Origin: Octopus vulgaris
Taxonomy: Eukaryota
NCBI GenBank assembly: GCA_951406725.2
Contig: OX597815.1
Coordinates: 62,434,001 to 62,498,000, forward strand
Length of the DNA: 64,000 nt
Direction: 5' to 3'
Shown here one piece after another: positions 42,933-56,695 of this stretch. Under the pieces are notes generated by a model. It saw nothing but the letters and a program-made list of their open reading frames with translations, did not search any database and had not been told where the DNA came from. The position numbers and the translations under genes are program-made. Every line of letters starts with the position of its first letter. The stretch's first letter is position 1.

Positions 42933-43079
42933 ATATATATATATACATAGCGAGAACTGTTTCCTCTTGAATGAAACAGTTCTAGTCCTGTAGAGCTCCT
43001 TCTATATAATAAATTAATTTTACTCTGCTATGTATTGAGTACCTTATTTACTGTGGTTAACCCCGAATCAACCCGGGAC

Positions 43080-43114
<35 letters not shown>

Positions 43115-43254
43115 TTACATATATATAGATATATACATATATATGTATATGTGTGTGTATATATATACATATGGCGAGAGGAAGAGAGGAGAGAGAGAGA
43201 GGGAGAGAGAGAGAGAGTGAGAGGTGTGAAAGAAAGATAGATAGATACATATAT

Positions 43255-43517
43255 TATTCTCTTAGTTGTCTCAGTCATTTGGCTGCGGCCATGCTGGACC
43301 ATCACCTTTTAGTTGAAAAAATTGGCCCCAGGACTTATCCTTTGTAAGCCTAATACTTATTATATCGGTCACTTTTGCCGAACCGCTAAGTTACGGGGAC
43401 GTAAATACACCACCATCTGTTGTCAAGCGATTTTGGGGTTGACAAACACAGACACACAAACATATACACACACATACATATATATATAAATATATACGAC
43501 GAACTTCTTTCAGTTTC
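43255..43517 (-). mobile_element. SINE family A 3' part (its head lies at 45294-45333)
   Basis: Reverse complement of the family A tail and microsatellite, broken at ttcagtttc. Confidence 0.85.
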
Positions 43518-45293
43518 AGCAGGCCCGGACCGAGGAAAACAAAATCTTATTTGTTACAGGTCTACCTGACCTCAATCAGTTCTTTCTGATTTATGACCTC
43601 CGCAGCTACCTGCAAAGGCCAACTTGGACAGTCTATACAGGTCGTGTCATATCGCTTTCGGTTTAGAAGACTGTCCAAGTATAACTCAACAAGTTTTCCC
43701 TTGAGATAGAAAATGACAACCTCTTCCTCATAGAGATAAGTCTCAACCTCCTCTGTCAGGCACACTTCCCACCGGAGGAACATCGGGTTCGGTCGGGGGC
43801 ACAGCGACATCCGCCGACCGGCTACCGCTTCTCTTGTTTCTCTTTTTCTTCTTCTTTCGGTTGCGGGATTCAGAGCCTCCGTCGGCACACCAGAAGGGTC
43901 CTCCTCTTCTCCCACAATCTGCACGTCTCCTGGTGACCAACGGTGGTTGCTCACCTTTCTCTTCCTTCTCGTTGAGGTCGACTACTCAACTACTTCCTCC
44001 ATTTCTCCCTGCAATGAGAGCGGAGGGCACCTTCCCCTTTTCCTGCACCGGAGCCTTACCACAACCCCGGGGGAAGTCCTTCTTGAATTAGCCTGACCCC
44101 CGGCACGAGTGACACTTGGTGGGGGGGGGGGCAACCCTCCAGAATCACTGGAATCCTGGAGCCAGCCATCCTTAAAATGTCGGGAAGGTCATTTTGCCTG
44201 CGGCTACTGGGGTCCACAGAGTCAAAGTTGCTTTTGCACCCTCCCAGTTGACCACAGGCGTCACTCTTACATTTAAGAGACTGGGCCCGCTATTCCCTAG
44301 GCCCCGTCGGACGGTATCTTTTATCCAGCCCGCCTCTATGCCCAGGGGTAGCCCACATACCCAGGCTCTTATCACTTTCCTCCCGCAGTACGACAGGAGG
44401 AGCAAAATTTCCTTTCCCTCCAAAGGCTGACTTGCAAAATTGCAAGGCTCCTCCGTGGTGTCAAACAGCAACCACACCGTTGCATGCCTGACACCCCAGG
44501 ATATATATTTCACAGGGGACAAATATTCTTTTAGTTCTTTTTCTATGGCTTGTTTTATGAAGACGGTGATGGTATCAAGAACTCTAGAGTAAGTTCTAAC
44601 CACCACTGTCCTCTCCTCCATATATTTTAACCACTGCCTGGGTGGGACATCTCCCACTCCAAAGCAGTGGTCTTATTTTTTTATCATTTTATCTGCCATG
44701 TCGATAAAACACAGTTCAAACAAGGAAAAAGTCCCTCAACCAAAAACAGCAAAAAATCTTTAAACACAATAAAAATAAAGACACAGTTCAACTAAAATTG
44801 GAAGAAAATAAAATACTATTCCAACTAAAATTCTTCTGCAAAAGGAAAGAAAAGACATCAGTTCAGAAAAATAAATATTGTACAATTCTCCACGGCAGAA
44901 AATACAATTTTCGAGCTACACGGTACTCCCAGCTCACTTACAGCCTTCAAATCTCTTGATAATCCTTCTGGTAAAGTACTTCCAACGTTTCTAGGTTCAA
45001 AACCATGCACAACTTGCAAGCATCAATTTATTCCTAAATAACTGTAGTGAAAATATTCACATAGAAGTTCTTCACTTGCTTGTTAAAAGCACAATCTCAA
45101 CACCGCCAAGTGTAAGCAAAAATGCCCCAGAGCTTAGCAGAATATACTGTAATAAAAATAAAACACGCAATAATTCTACCCAGCTCAGAAAAAACAAAAC
45201 CGCTTACCTTGACGGCGACCTTTTTCCACAAAGACAGCTACACGTCTTCCTTGTTCACTGCAGCAAGTCACTGACAAACACACATGCGTGAAC
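43518..45293 (-). mobile_element. L1/Tx1-type ORF1 element, copy 2 (5' UTR plus gag-like ORF1, 3' end lost)
   Basis: ORF 44172-44657 (RRM-like alternation of strands and helices, by inference), then a decayed knuckle TKCHSCRGSG*FKKDFP (CX2CX4HX4C pattern) and ORF 43562-43954. The 5' end has aggaagacgtg. Confidence 0.75.
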
Positions 45294-45333
45294 GGTCAGC
45301 AAGTTACTTACCACACAGCCACTCCTACACCTA
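45294..45333 (-). mobile_element. SINE family A head directly upstream of the copy-2 insertion
   Basis: Reverse complement aggtgtaggagtggctgtgtggtaagtaacttgctgacc. Confidence 0.85.
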
Positions 45334-45675
45334 CTCCCTGTCTCATCTACTCCACGTTGCGGAGTAGATGAAACAGGGACAACTGAAGAAGGGGTATATT
45401 CCTTGTGTTGTATGTCTTGTACTGTTTATTTTTTCGTTGTTTGAAAAAAGTTCGCTTCTATGTTTTTGTTTTAATGTTTTCGTTTCTCATTGTGTTCAAT
45501 GTTATTTTTTTGTGTCCTGTACCCATATGTGCATGTATATATACATATATATGTAGGTATGTACATATATGTATGTATATATGCTTATATTTATATATTA
45601 TTATATTATTATATGATCGAACACCACGCATCCTTTTCCAAGTAAGTTATATATATATATATATATATATTTGTT

Positions 45676-45706
<31 letters not shown>

Positions 45707-45722
45707 TTATATACATATACAT

Positions 45723-45753
<31 letters not shown>

Positions 45754-46194
45754 CATTAGAAGAGATACGGTACTCAGAAATCTGGATGGTTTTATATCTA
45801 CAGATATTTATTAATGTCACATATTTTTATAAATCATATATATCATACATTAGCGATTGCGTTCACTCTAGTGGAGTCGTCAGATTCTACATACACGCAC
45901 ACACACGCACACATATATCAAAGCTGCAAAACTATCCCAAACAGTGTCACTCAGAGTTTCACGCTCTCTTTCGTGAGACAGTTGTGACGAAAACTTTTCG
46001 TTAGAAGTATCCAATGAATGAGAACGTGAAACTCTGAGTAATAGTTGATGATAATGGTGGTGCCCCAGTATGGCCTCAGCTTTCGGGTTGAAACGTATGA
46101 AAGAATATGTATGTTATTATATTATATTATTTTATATTATATCATATATAATATATACTATACTCTCCACCTTGTTTTGCATTATGTGATAACT

Positions 46195-46229
<35 letters not shown>

Positions 46230-46415
46230 ACAGACAGAGCAATGTGATACCATAAAGGAAAAATTCAATCCTCACTAAGTGTAACTTAGGATGCTGGAGT
46301 ACCCACATTGCTAGAAATAAGTGTTAAATTAGCTTCAAATCTGTAAGAGGAACGCATAGAGTATACACCCATACTGACAAAGGAAGTAACCGCCCCACTA
46401 CCACTTCGAGTATCA

Positions 46416-46463
46416 CTCAGACAAGATCTAGTTTCGTCTATGACTGTAGACATCGTTAGTAAG
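46416..46463 (-). ncRNA. Degenerate type-I hammerhead motif
   Basis: Minus strand: ctta CTAACGA tgtcta cagtca tagac GAAA ctagatcttg TC tgag (one core substitution). Confidence 0.5.
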
Positions 46464-46765
46464 GACCACTCGAACAGTACATGATCGGCTAGTTCCCTTT
46501 GCCAGCATATACGTATTTACCATAAATATATAGATACGCATAAAATATAATATAATATGATATAATATATATTCTTTTATGCGCTTCAACGAAAAAGCTG
46601 TTGCCATGCTGGGGCACCGCCACTGCCATTAACTTTTCAATGGCTATTCCTATATGGTTGGCTTTTGGTGAAGGAGGGAGTTTGATATTGTTGCCCTACG
46701 TTAGAGGCGGTGATACACACACACATATATATATATGTATATATATGTATATGTACATAAAAATA

Positions 46766-46816
<51 letters not shown>

Positions 46817-46833
46817 GTACGCATATATAAATA

Positions 46834-46887
<54 letters not shown>

Positions 46888-46894
46888 GTACATG

Positions 46895-47067
46895 TAAAAA
46901 GGACTGAATCCACTCTGGAGAATGTTTGGTGTTAGGAAGGGCATCCACCCATAAAATCCTTGCCAAGATAGACACAGTAACCTAGGGTGGTTTTTCTACC
47001 TGGCCGGCTGTCAACCGTCCTACCCATGCATGCATGCATGGAAGATGAACGTTAAACGACGATGATG

Positions 47068-47070
<3 letters not shown>
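46895..47070 (+). mobile_element. SINE 3' part with RTE-like tail ending (GAT)n
   Basis: ggtgttaggaagggcatcca...gcatggaagatgaacgttaaacgacgatgatgat. Confidence 0.65.
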
Positions 47071-47105
<35 letters not shown>

Positions 47106-47522
47106 CTTTCAGAGTTATCCGGTCCTCTTACCAATTCCACAGACGAAAAATACCAACAAATATAAAGCCTAAAATAGATTTTTTTCTCATATTGATTTTT
47201 TTTGTCCTCTTGATAACATGCATTTTTTCCCAAAATACTACATTAATTTACGTCATTAATCTAATTGGATTAATCTTACAATCAGCATATTTACCTGTTT
47301 TTTTCTTCAGTACTTGCGGCCATACAGTCTCCTTAGTTTTTTGTACGTTGAACTAAAAAGAAACAGAAAAGTGACATTAACCATGACCTTCGCCATAAAA
47401 AATATGCACCCACACCTGCAAAATTTCACTTGTGTAAAATTGTGGACTGCCAGCTGGTACATACATACATATATACATACATGCATACATGCATACATAC
47501 ATACATACATACATACATACAT

Positions 47523-47553
<31 letters not shown>

Positions 47554-47602
47554 TACATACATGCATACATACATACATACATACATACATACATACATAC
47601 AT

Positions 47603-47635
<33 letters not shown>

Positions 47636-48179
47636 TACATACATACATACATACATACATACATACATACATACATACATACATACATACATACATACAT
47701 ACATACATACATACATACATTCATACATACATATAAATATATTAACTAAATTTGGTTGAAATTTATGGGTGAACGTTTGACCCAATCAGATGCGCAAGGA
47801 GCATTGATTTGTGGGTTCGATCCTGGCTGGGGTTAGCTCAGCCATTTGTTTGTATTTAAAAACTGTCGCTTCAAATCGGAGAATAAAATATTATGATATA
47901 TTATTATATATGTTTGTATTTATAAAGGTAGATTGATAAGTTTACTTTTTAAGACAAATGGGATTTGATTTGAGGGAAATGTGGCTGCTGTTTCTACTTA
48001 GCGGAGCAACTGCATACTGTCTTTCTCATTGTTGTCGCTGTTGTCGTTGCTACTGAGTAGGCTGACGACACAGACACAACAAACACAGCTAACATATTCA
48101 ATGTCACTGTATGTCATAGACACCACAGTTGCCGATGACTCTTCAGAGACTAACTTCACAATATATACACAACAGTTCA

Positions 48180-49435
48180 TTAAACAAATTTTTCTAGCTT
48201 CTCAGTGAGCCACAAATACAGGAAGCTTTTTAACAGACTTTCGATTAAAATATACACTGCTGACCGAATATAAAGAACACTATTAGTCGTAAGTATCACC
48301 AAAAGCCCACTCCTAGTTGTAACTTTTGAGACCCTGAAGTTTGCCAACTTGACCAGGCGTGTGTGATAAACTTTGTCGTCTATGAGGTAGAAGGCACAGC
48401 GACGACTCGAGATGGCCTAATCGAAAAGAAAACCTACATCGGGTTATGCGAAGGGGATTTCAAAAGACCACTTATCTTCTCTCCGGCACATCGATAAAAT
48501 TAAAGCCTAGTGGCTTTAATTTGAGTCTGGAGTCTGAAGACCAATTGCACATTACATACAATCAAGTGGAGAATCTTATAGAAATCCATGCCATGTGTTA
48601 ATGGATGTAAGAAATGCAACTTATGCGTAACTGAAAGATACGATATTCTTTTTAGATCTAAGAATTCTACAGCACTGTTGAATGCATGATCCGAAATTTT
48701 CTGCACTTGCAAGCATATTGGCAAATTTCTTTTGGTGAACTCAAGAACACCACCCAATCGGGATTAAGTTGCTGTCTCGTAGACTTTGGACACCTCTCTG
48801 TTGAATTATCTACAAAAACTAGCTTAATTATAGCTTTGTAACTCTAATTGTGCTACTCTTTTCTTTTTCCGTTTCTATTCACTCTTCCACATTTTGTATC
48901 TACTTTCTTCTCGTTGCTTTTCTCGTGATTTCTCTTGTACCAGCATCTTGGTTTGCAAATTTCTCAGAGCCTGCAGATTGCTTGGAGACACAAGGCGTGT
49001 TATAAAAACCTACCTACACCCACATTTCTGAAGTAAAAATAGTAGTAGCTCGTCTCTTTATACCGTGTACACTATATGGTATTTACCTGTTACTGGATGG
49101 AGTGCTGTTTTTGCTGAACTTAGCTAAACGGTACAGTAAATTGTATACCAATTACATGTGGTTGTCAACTGCACATTCAGTCTACATGTTTGGCGTGAAA
49201 GTTACATTAAATTGAGTGATTCTAGAGATTCTACCAATTTACTCACCATTACAGAGTTATACCACACGAATTTCTCTGCTAGGAATGTACCTACACCACT
49301 GAATAACCTATCTCCCAGGATATTTCTCGAGAAAGTTAAAGACTTCGTGGGTCGGATGAGAAGGAAGGCAATATTCTTTGATACTACCCTATACCCCAGT
49401 GCCACAGGGTGCTATGTTTCAAAGACACGTAAATG
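48180..49435 (+). mobile_element. Penelope-like element remnant in partial-tandem form: GIY-YIG C-terminus, pLTR region, then ORF N-terminus
   Basis: CNF*DPEVCQLDQACVINFVVYEV...KKTYIGLCEGDFKR...IKWRIL...CKKCNLCVTERYDI...LLNA*SEIFCTCKHIGKFLL (about 48320-48735), and FSARNVPTP...[20 protein letters not shown] (about 49270-49382). Confidence 0.85.
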
Positions 49436-49444
49436 CACATATAC

Positions 49445-49485
<41 letters not shown>

Positions 49486-49496
49486 AGAGACGACAT

Positions 49497-49543
<47 letters not shown>

Positions 49544-49927
49544 CATACATATATACATATTTATGTGCATGTATATATATATATATACATACATATATGT
49601 ATGTATATATGTATGTATGTCTTTGTGTGTTTGTATGTGCGTGTGCTTGTGAGTGCCTACACCTGCCTATGTTTGCACATAGATGCATAGATAGTAATAG
49701 TTTCTTTTCTCCCTCTCACAAACACAAATACTTGGCCAAATATCTGTATCCGTAAGTCGTTCCATTTCTCTCTCTCTCTCCCTTTATCTATGTATATGTG
49801 TATATGTATGTGTGTATACGTATGCAATTCATAGGTGCCGACATATATCCACACATATATAAATAGGTATTACATACACTGGCTCTTTTTATTTGTTCTC
49901 TCTCTTTTTAACACATATTTGTGTCTA

Positions 49928-50029
<102 letters not shown>

Positions 50030-50495
50030 TTTTTGTGTTTTAATGTGTGTGTATATATGCATATGCATCCTCACGTAAACGAGTAAATTTCAAAACTGTT
50101 TTCCATTATTCAGTTAATCAATATATCCAGTCGCAACGTGCTAACATCCCATCATCCACTACCACCAGAACCACACCAGCACCACAATGAACAGCAACTA
50201 CAACGATAAGAATAACAATATCAACAACGACGACGACGACGACGACGGTAGCGACGACAACAACACTCCAAAACATCGTCTCCGTCATCTCCACAGGCAA
50301 ATGATAATTGTAATTCTATTTTCTGAAATCACATTTTCGAATCGTTCGCTCATCATGGAAATATATTGTCATTTCAGCATATTACTATCGACACGTCATT
50401 TCGAATTGCTTGAACGTCACGTGCAATTTAATAAATAACCGCCAGCCAGTTAAATGATAAACCTACATGTGTGTGTGTGTGTGTGTGTGTGAGTG

Positions 50496-50541
<46 letters not shown>

Positions 50542-50607
50542 TATTTATGACTGTCTCGGTATGTGTATAAATGCGAGTATATATATATATGTATACATAT
50601 CATATAT

Positions 50608-50644
<37 letters not shown>

Positions 50645-50652
50645 ACGATATG

Positions 50653-50688
<36 letters not shown>

Positions 50689-50847
50689 TACGTTTATGTA
50701 TGTATGTATACACACATACATACATATAATATATATATATATATTTACATATATGTTTATATATGCATATATATATACATATGTATATACTCAATTATAG
50801 AAATACAGGAATATATGCATATATGCAGAGTGTGTTTGTGTATATAC

Positions 50848-50902
<55 letters not shown>

Positions 50903-51036
50903 CATGTGTGCCTGTGCGTGTGTGTTCGCTTGCATATATGTATGCGTGCGTGTACATAAATATGCAGTTTGTAATTATACTGATCATGATGATGACAATA
51001 ATAACAAATGATAACAACAGCAGCAACAATAAAAAT

Positions 51037-51676
51037 GGTTTTAAATTTTGGCACAAGGCCAGCAGTCTCAAGTGGTTTGGGCTAAGTGGATTACATCGAC
51101 CCTAGTACTAGATAGACACTTGTGTTATCGACCCTGAAGGGGATGAAAGGCAAAGTCGACTTTGGCGGAATTTGAACTCAGAATGTAAAGACGAAAGTAA
51201 ATGCCGCTAAGCATTTCGCCCGGCGCGGTAACGTTTTTGCCAGCTCACCCACTTAATAATAATGATAATCCTTTCTACTAAAGGCACTAAGACTGAAATT
51301 TGGGGGTAGGGGGCTGGTCGATTATATCGACCCCAGTACTCAACTGCTATTCAATTTATCGACCCCGAAATGCAAAGTCGACCTTGGAGGAATTTGAACT
51401 CAGAACGTATCGGTAGACAAAATACCACTATGCATTTCACCCAGCGTGCAAACGATTCTGCCAGCTCACCGCCTTGATGGTTTCAAACTTTGTCACGAAG
51501 GCAGCATTTGGAGAAAGGGATGAGTCGATTATATCAATTGTTACTTATTTTATCGAACCCAGAAGGATGAAAGGCAAAATCGACCTGAGTGGAATTGAAC
51601 TCAAAACGGAGCGACGGGCGAAATACCGCTAATCATTTCGTCCAACACGCTAACAATTCTGCCAGCTCGCCGCCTT
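51037..51676 (-). mobile_element. Three head-to-tail SINE family B copies (51037-51254, 51270-51475, 51478-51676)
   Basis: Three successive diverged units, each ending gccagctc(a/g)cc...tt. Confidence 0.88.
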
Positions 51677-51692
51677 AATAATAATAATTATA

Positions 51693-52241
51693 AATTCCCT
51701 GATGCAGTACTAGACAGTGGCTCTCATGGCTTCTGATCTTAACTGATTGGAAGTGTTATCATGTACATTGTTTTGTTTTGGTATAAGAGATGGGCTACAG
51801 CAAATATTCTGCCCAATACCACAGATTTGCTTGTCAGCTGTTTGACCTTAACCAGTGGAGCATGTGCCTTAGTGGCTGACGATATGTGCATCTCTGATCC
51901 CGAGCAGTGGTGGAGCATCATAGCCGTGTGTTGAAAGGAATTCTTAGAGGTTTGGATAATTCACCTTTGGAAACATAGATGGTTCGTTCAACATCCTTAA
52001 ACAACCCTTATTCAGGGACCTTTTGAGTGGGATGGGTTACTCGACCAGAAAAAAATTCTAACTGGGCCCCACCTGCAAGGTCATGCACTGTTTATCTTGA
52101 TATGAGATCACCATGCCGCGCACATGGTTGTGATGCATGTGCCTGGTGTACTCTTATCACACGGGTATTCATGATGGGTATACTGGGCTTCGTATATTTT
52201 ACCCCAGTGTCACTTTGATGGCATGCACTACTCTCTCACTC
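51693..52241 (+). mobile_element. 557-bp (AAT)n-associated element, copy 5
   Basis: Same ends as copies 2-4, more diverged. Confidence 0.9.
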
Positions 52242-52300
<59 letters not shown>

Positions 52301-52462
52301 TAATAATCGTTACTTTATTGGCTAGAAGGGCTGACCACAAAACAATGTTTCTATACAAAATGTAGCAATGTGCTTGATATAGTTGGAAATATATAAGATT
52401 ATATTGAAACGTGCGATAATTGAGTATAAACGAAGCAACATATAAAAACAAGCTAGTTGCAC

Positions 52463-52502
<40 letters not shown>

Positions 52503-52806
52503 ATATATATATATATATATATACACCCACATATATATGTATATATATGCATATTATATATATATATATATATACATACATAAATATATATAAAAATAGA
52601 AATAATACATTTCTAAATATCTCAGAGAGATTTATGCAGTAACGGTACGATAAAGTAGTTGTATACGGTCAACTTAATGTAACAGTCCCATGAAGGGATT
52701 CATACTACTGCTATTTAGCCCTAGGAAGCAGCAAGGCTTCCTGTCGGCCTTGGCACATTTCCTGTGTCCTAATGTTTGCAAGGAGGAGATAAGCTAACCC
52801 TGCAAT

Positions 52807-52845
52807 CAGAGACTAGTTTCTGAGTCTTTCCTCGTCATCAGTCTG
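52807..52845 (-). ncRNA. Minimal type-I hammerhead ribozyme motif
   Basis: Minus strand: caga CTGATGA cgag gaaaga ctca GAAA CTAG TC tctg. Confidence 0.8.
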
Positions 52846-53122
52846 GAGTAGCATGGCCTGCTAGTTGGAGATGCCTATCTAGCCTTTGCAAACATATAAG
52901 AATTCTAGTGAAATATATTCACTGATTCCAAAAATATTAATAATACATTTCTAAATCTTTCAGGGAGATTTATGCAGTAGTAATACGATAAAGTAGTTGT
53001 ATACTATCAACTTAATGTGAGAGTCCCATGAAGGGAATAATACTACTGCTATTTAGCCATAGGAAGCAGCAACGCTTCCTGTCGGCCTTGACGCATTTCC
53101 TGTGTCCTTATGTTTGCTACTC

Positions 53123-53162
53123 AAGGCTGATGACAAGCAAAGACTAAGGAACTAGTCTCTGA
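53123..53162 (+). ncRNA. Degenerate inverted copy of the 52807 hammerhead
   Basis: aagg CTGATGA caagcaaagactaa GGAA CTAG TC tctga. Confidence 0.55.
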
Positions 53163-53244
53163 AAGCAGGCTTAGCTGGATGGGGGTGCTTATCTCCCCCT
53201 TGCAAACATGTTTCTTTATATACGCATTCAACCGACGTTTTATC

Positions 53245-53628
53245 TTTTATTTTTTACGTGTTTCTGACATTTGACTAAGGTCATGCTGGGGTACCACCAT
53301 GAAGGATTTTAGTCGAAAAAGTCGATCCCCAGGACTTACATTTTTTAAAACCTGCTACTTATTCTATAGGGCTCTTTTGCCAAACGGCTAAGTTAGAGTG
53401 ACGTAATCACACCAACAATGCTTGTTAAGCGATGGTAGGGGACAAACACAGACACAAAGACATATAGATATATACATATACATATATACAATGGGCTTCT
53501 TTCAGTTTCCACCGATCAAATCCATATAGTAGGAGACACTTGCCCTAGGTGATACGCAGTGGCACTGAACCCAGAATCATGTGGTTGGGAAGCAAGCTTC
53601 TTACCACATAGCCACGTCTGCACCTATG
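53245..53628 (-). mobile_element. SINE family A
   Basis: Reverse-complement similarity, with an internal deletion. Confidence 0.85.
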
Positions 53629-53741
53629 TGACACGCTTGTGCCTATATGCTATGCCTGCGCCTATGAGCCACGCCTGTGCGTATGAGCCATGCATGTACC
53701 TATGATCCACGTCTGCGCCTATGAGCCACGCCTGCGTCTAT
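53610..53741. repeat. About 19-bp minisatellite (about 7 units, agccacgcctgcgcctatg) derived from the SINE A 5' terminus
   Basis: Units are directly visible and continuous with the SINE head. Confidence 0.8.
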
Positions 53742-53844
53742 AATAATACGAAATCGATACGATTTCTTGCAGTAAAGTATTATATTCGATAAGATCAAAT
53801 GAATGAAACCAATGACGGAGAGCTAAGTGGGTGGGGATACAGAT

Positions 53845-54352
<508 letters not shown>

Positions 54353-54692
54353 CATTTAAACATGCTCACACACACGCATACACACACAGCCACACAATGC
54401 AATGACGAAAGTATGGTTCTGAGTAAATAAAACGTTAATTATTTCCGTTCATGAAATCACGATGTGTGTGAATTATTTGTTTACTTTTTAAATAAAAATA
54501 AAATTGAAATTTTTTTTATTTATTATAAAACTGAAATTTATTGGAAGTATTAAGACCAGAAGCATGGAGGTCACAGGTTGCTTAATTTAAGAACACATTA
54601 GAAAAAGAAAGCATGTCTAATATTCAATATATACTCTAATTAATATCGAATATTAAAATTAAAATACTTTCTTTTCCAATGTACTCTAATTA

Positions 54693-54830
54693 GGGGAGAC
54701 ACTTGGCCTTGTGATTAGAGCGTTGACGTCAAGATCATGGGTTCGATTCATATATCGGGTATTTCATGGTATCTTTGAGCAAGGCACTTCACTTCAAGTT
54801 GCTGCAATCAACAGTACCAAAAATAAGTAG
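54693..54830 (+). mobile_element. Degraded tRNA/CORE-type SINE
   Basis: tggccttgtgattagagcg...gggttcgattc...ctttgagcaaggcacttcacttc. Confidence 0.65.
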
Positions 54831-55817
54831 TAATTTAGTGCTTATGCAGCCCTATCTTCTAGCTGTTCCGCTAAGTCAGAGGTGTGAGGGCTGAAAGGTT
54901 GTCTTTGGTTGCTAACGACTACATTGGAATCTAAATAAACAAGCCAAGAACGGTACTTACGACCAGGTCGCACTCGCTAATTAACACAAACTATTGATAT
55001 CTTTTTTATTATTTTGTCTTGATATTTGCTGTGATGAGTAAAGAGCAGAAACGCTTATCACCAGAAAATCTATCTAGGAGTGTCCAAATAAAATGGAATC
55101 TTTGCTCAATAACTATTGAAATTTAAAACAGTAACTGATACTAACAATGTTACTCTTGAATAACTTCTAAATTGAAGGCTTTTTTTGCTTATCCTCAGTC
55201 AGGGCAGCCCCTACAAAACGGTTGAAAGAACAGACGTGTTCAGTTCGTTGGGGAAGAACAGGTAAAGATGACCGCTGTTGACATTTTGAACGACACAAAT
55301 CGGTGAAGCAGATAAGTGTTACAGCCATCAAAAACAGATTCAAATTGTTCGAGTTCGTAGGATTAATTGCGGATATAGATTCAGACAAAAAGAGGCACTA
55401 TCACTCAGTTAACACAAGAATATAAAACTGGGAGCTTCAAATTGTGTAAAAATTTGTGATCGGAACCCCGTCGAAATCTAATATACTTGAGTCTGACATC
55501 TAATATGATAAAGGTGAAGAATATCTCCCAACATAATACGAACAGATCTGTATAGTAGTGACATGTTATAGTTTTGGCTGTATGCCGGAAAATGAGGGGA
55601 GTTCCCATACAACAGTCCTAGGGTATTCTTTTACTCTTTTACTTGTTTCAGTCATTTGACTGTGACCATGCTGGAGCACTGCCTTTAGTCGAGCAAATCG
55701 ACCCCAGGACTTATTCTTTGTAAGCCTGGTACTTATTCTATCGGTATTTTTTGCCGAAACGCTACGTTACGGGGACGTAAACACACCAGCATTGGTTGTC
55801 AAGCGATGTTGGGGGGA

Positions 55818-55870
<53 letters not shown>

Positions 55871-55883
55871 ACACACACACATA

Positions 55884-56378
55884 TATGGTGGCTGACCCCT
55901 CGTTACCGAGTATGGCCATTACACGAAGCTTAATCAATGTTGTTATCGTACAATGCCTGTGCAAGAAGATTTTTTTTAAAGTGAGGAAAGGCTGTGCACT
56001 GAGTCAATCCCACTCACTAAGCAACAGCAGCCATAATCCGAAAAGAAGAACAAGTCAACATCATCGGTAACCACTGAGCCGCAGGTTTTATGTCGGAGTT
56101 ATCCCAGTTACCTGAGTTACCTTCTCCTAGATGGATGCCCTAACAAAGGCTAGGAGTCCTTCACTCCCAATAGTTTAACCGCGCGATCGGGTATTCAGTC
56201 CGATTATTTCTATGTCCCCGCGCATGATACAGCCTTAAAACATTTATTGGATGGCCGTTGACTCTCAAGAGTTCCTCCGCCATTTGACGGGTTTTGTTTT
56301 TCATCCCGCAGGGTGTCCAATAAACACCCTCCTCACCAAGCAAGCTTGGTGGGGTTGCCAGTTTAGTCGCCGACGACC

Positions 56379-56380
<2 letters not shown>
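55884..56380 (-). mobile_element. Short non-coding RTE-related element (structured 5' region plus RTE 3' tail)
   Basis: 55884-55935 matches 655-706, the tail of the RTE LINE. It contains gggcatccatctaggagaaggtaactc, which resembles RTE 5' UTRs, and several hairpins. Confidence 0.7.
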
Positions 56381-56434
<54 letters not shown>

Positions 56435-56695
56435 CAATTAAGGACAACTACTTAATAAGGAAAACTTAACAAGAAATTGTCAGGTAGATAGCGTGAAAAC
56501 CTCATAAGAGAAAAAATTTCGAAAATAATTATTTCTTATTGAACATATTAATTTATATATAGAGGGCATTATACATACATGCCAGATGGCATTATACATA
56601 CATGCCACACGCTAAGAGGGACAATTAGTCATTTCTACCAAAAATATTACTAATCCCACCGAATGCAATTTTTCAAAGTAAGACATTTAAAAAAT

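Larger units (their letters stand above)
52601..53209. mobile_element. 338-bp direct repeat (1.5 units) plus inverted tail, PLE pLTR/retrozyme-like
   Basis: Unit starts at 52601 and 52939. Segment 53115-53209 is an inverted copy of about 52773-52853. Confidence 0.85.
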
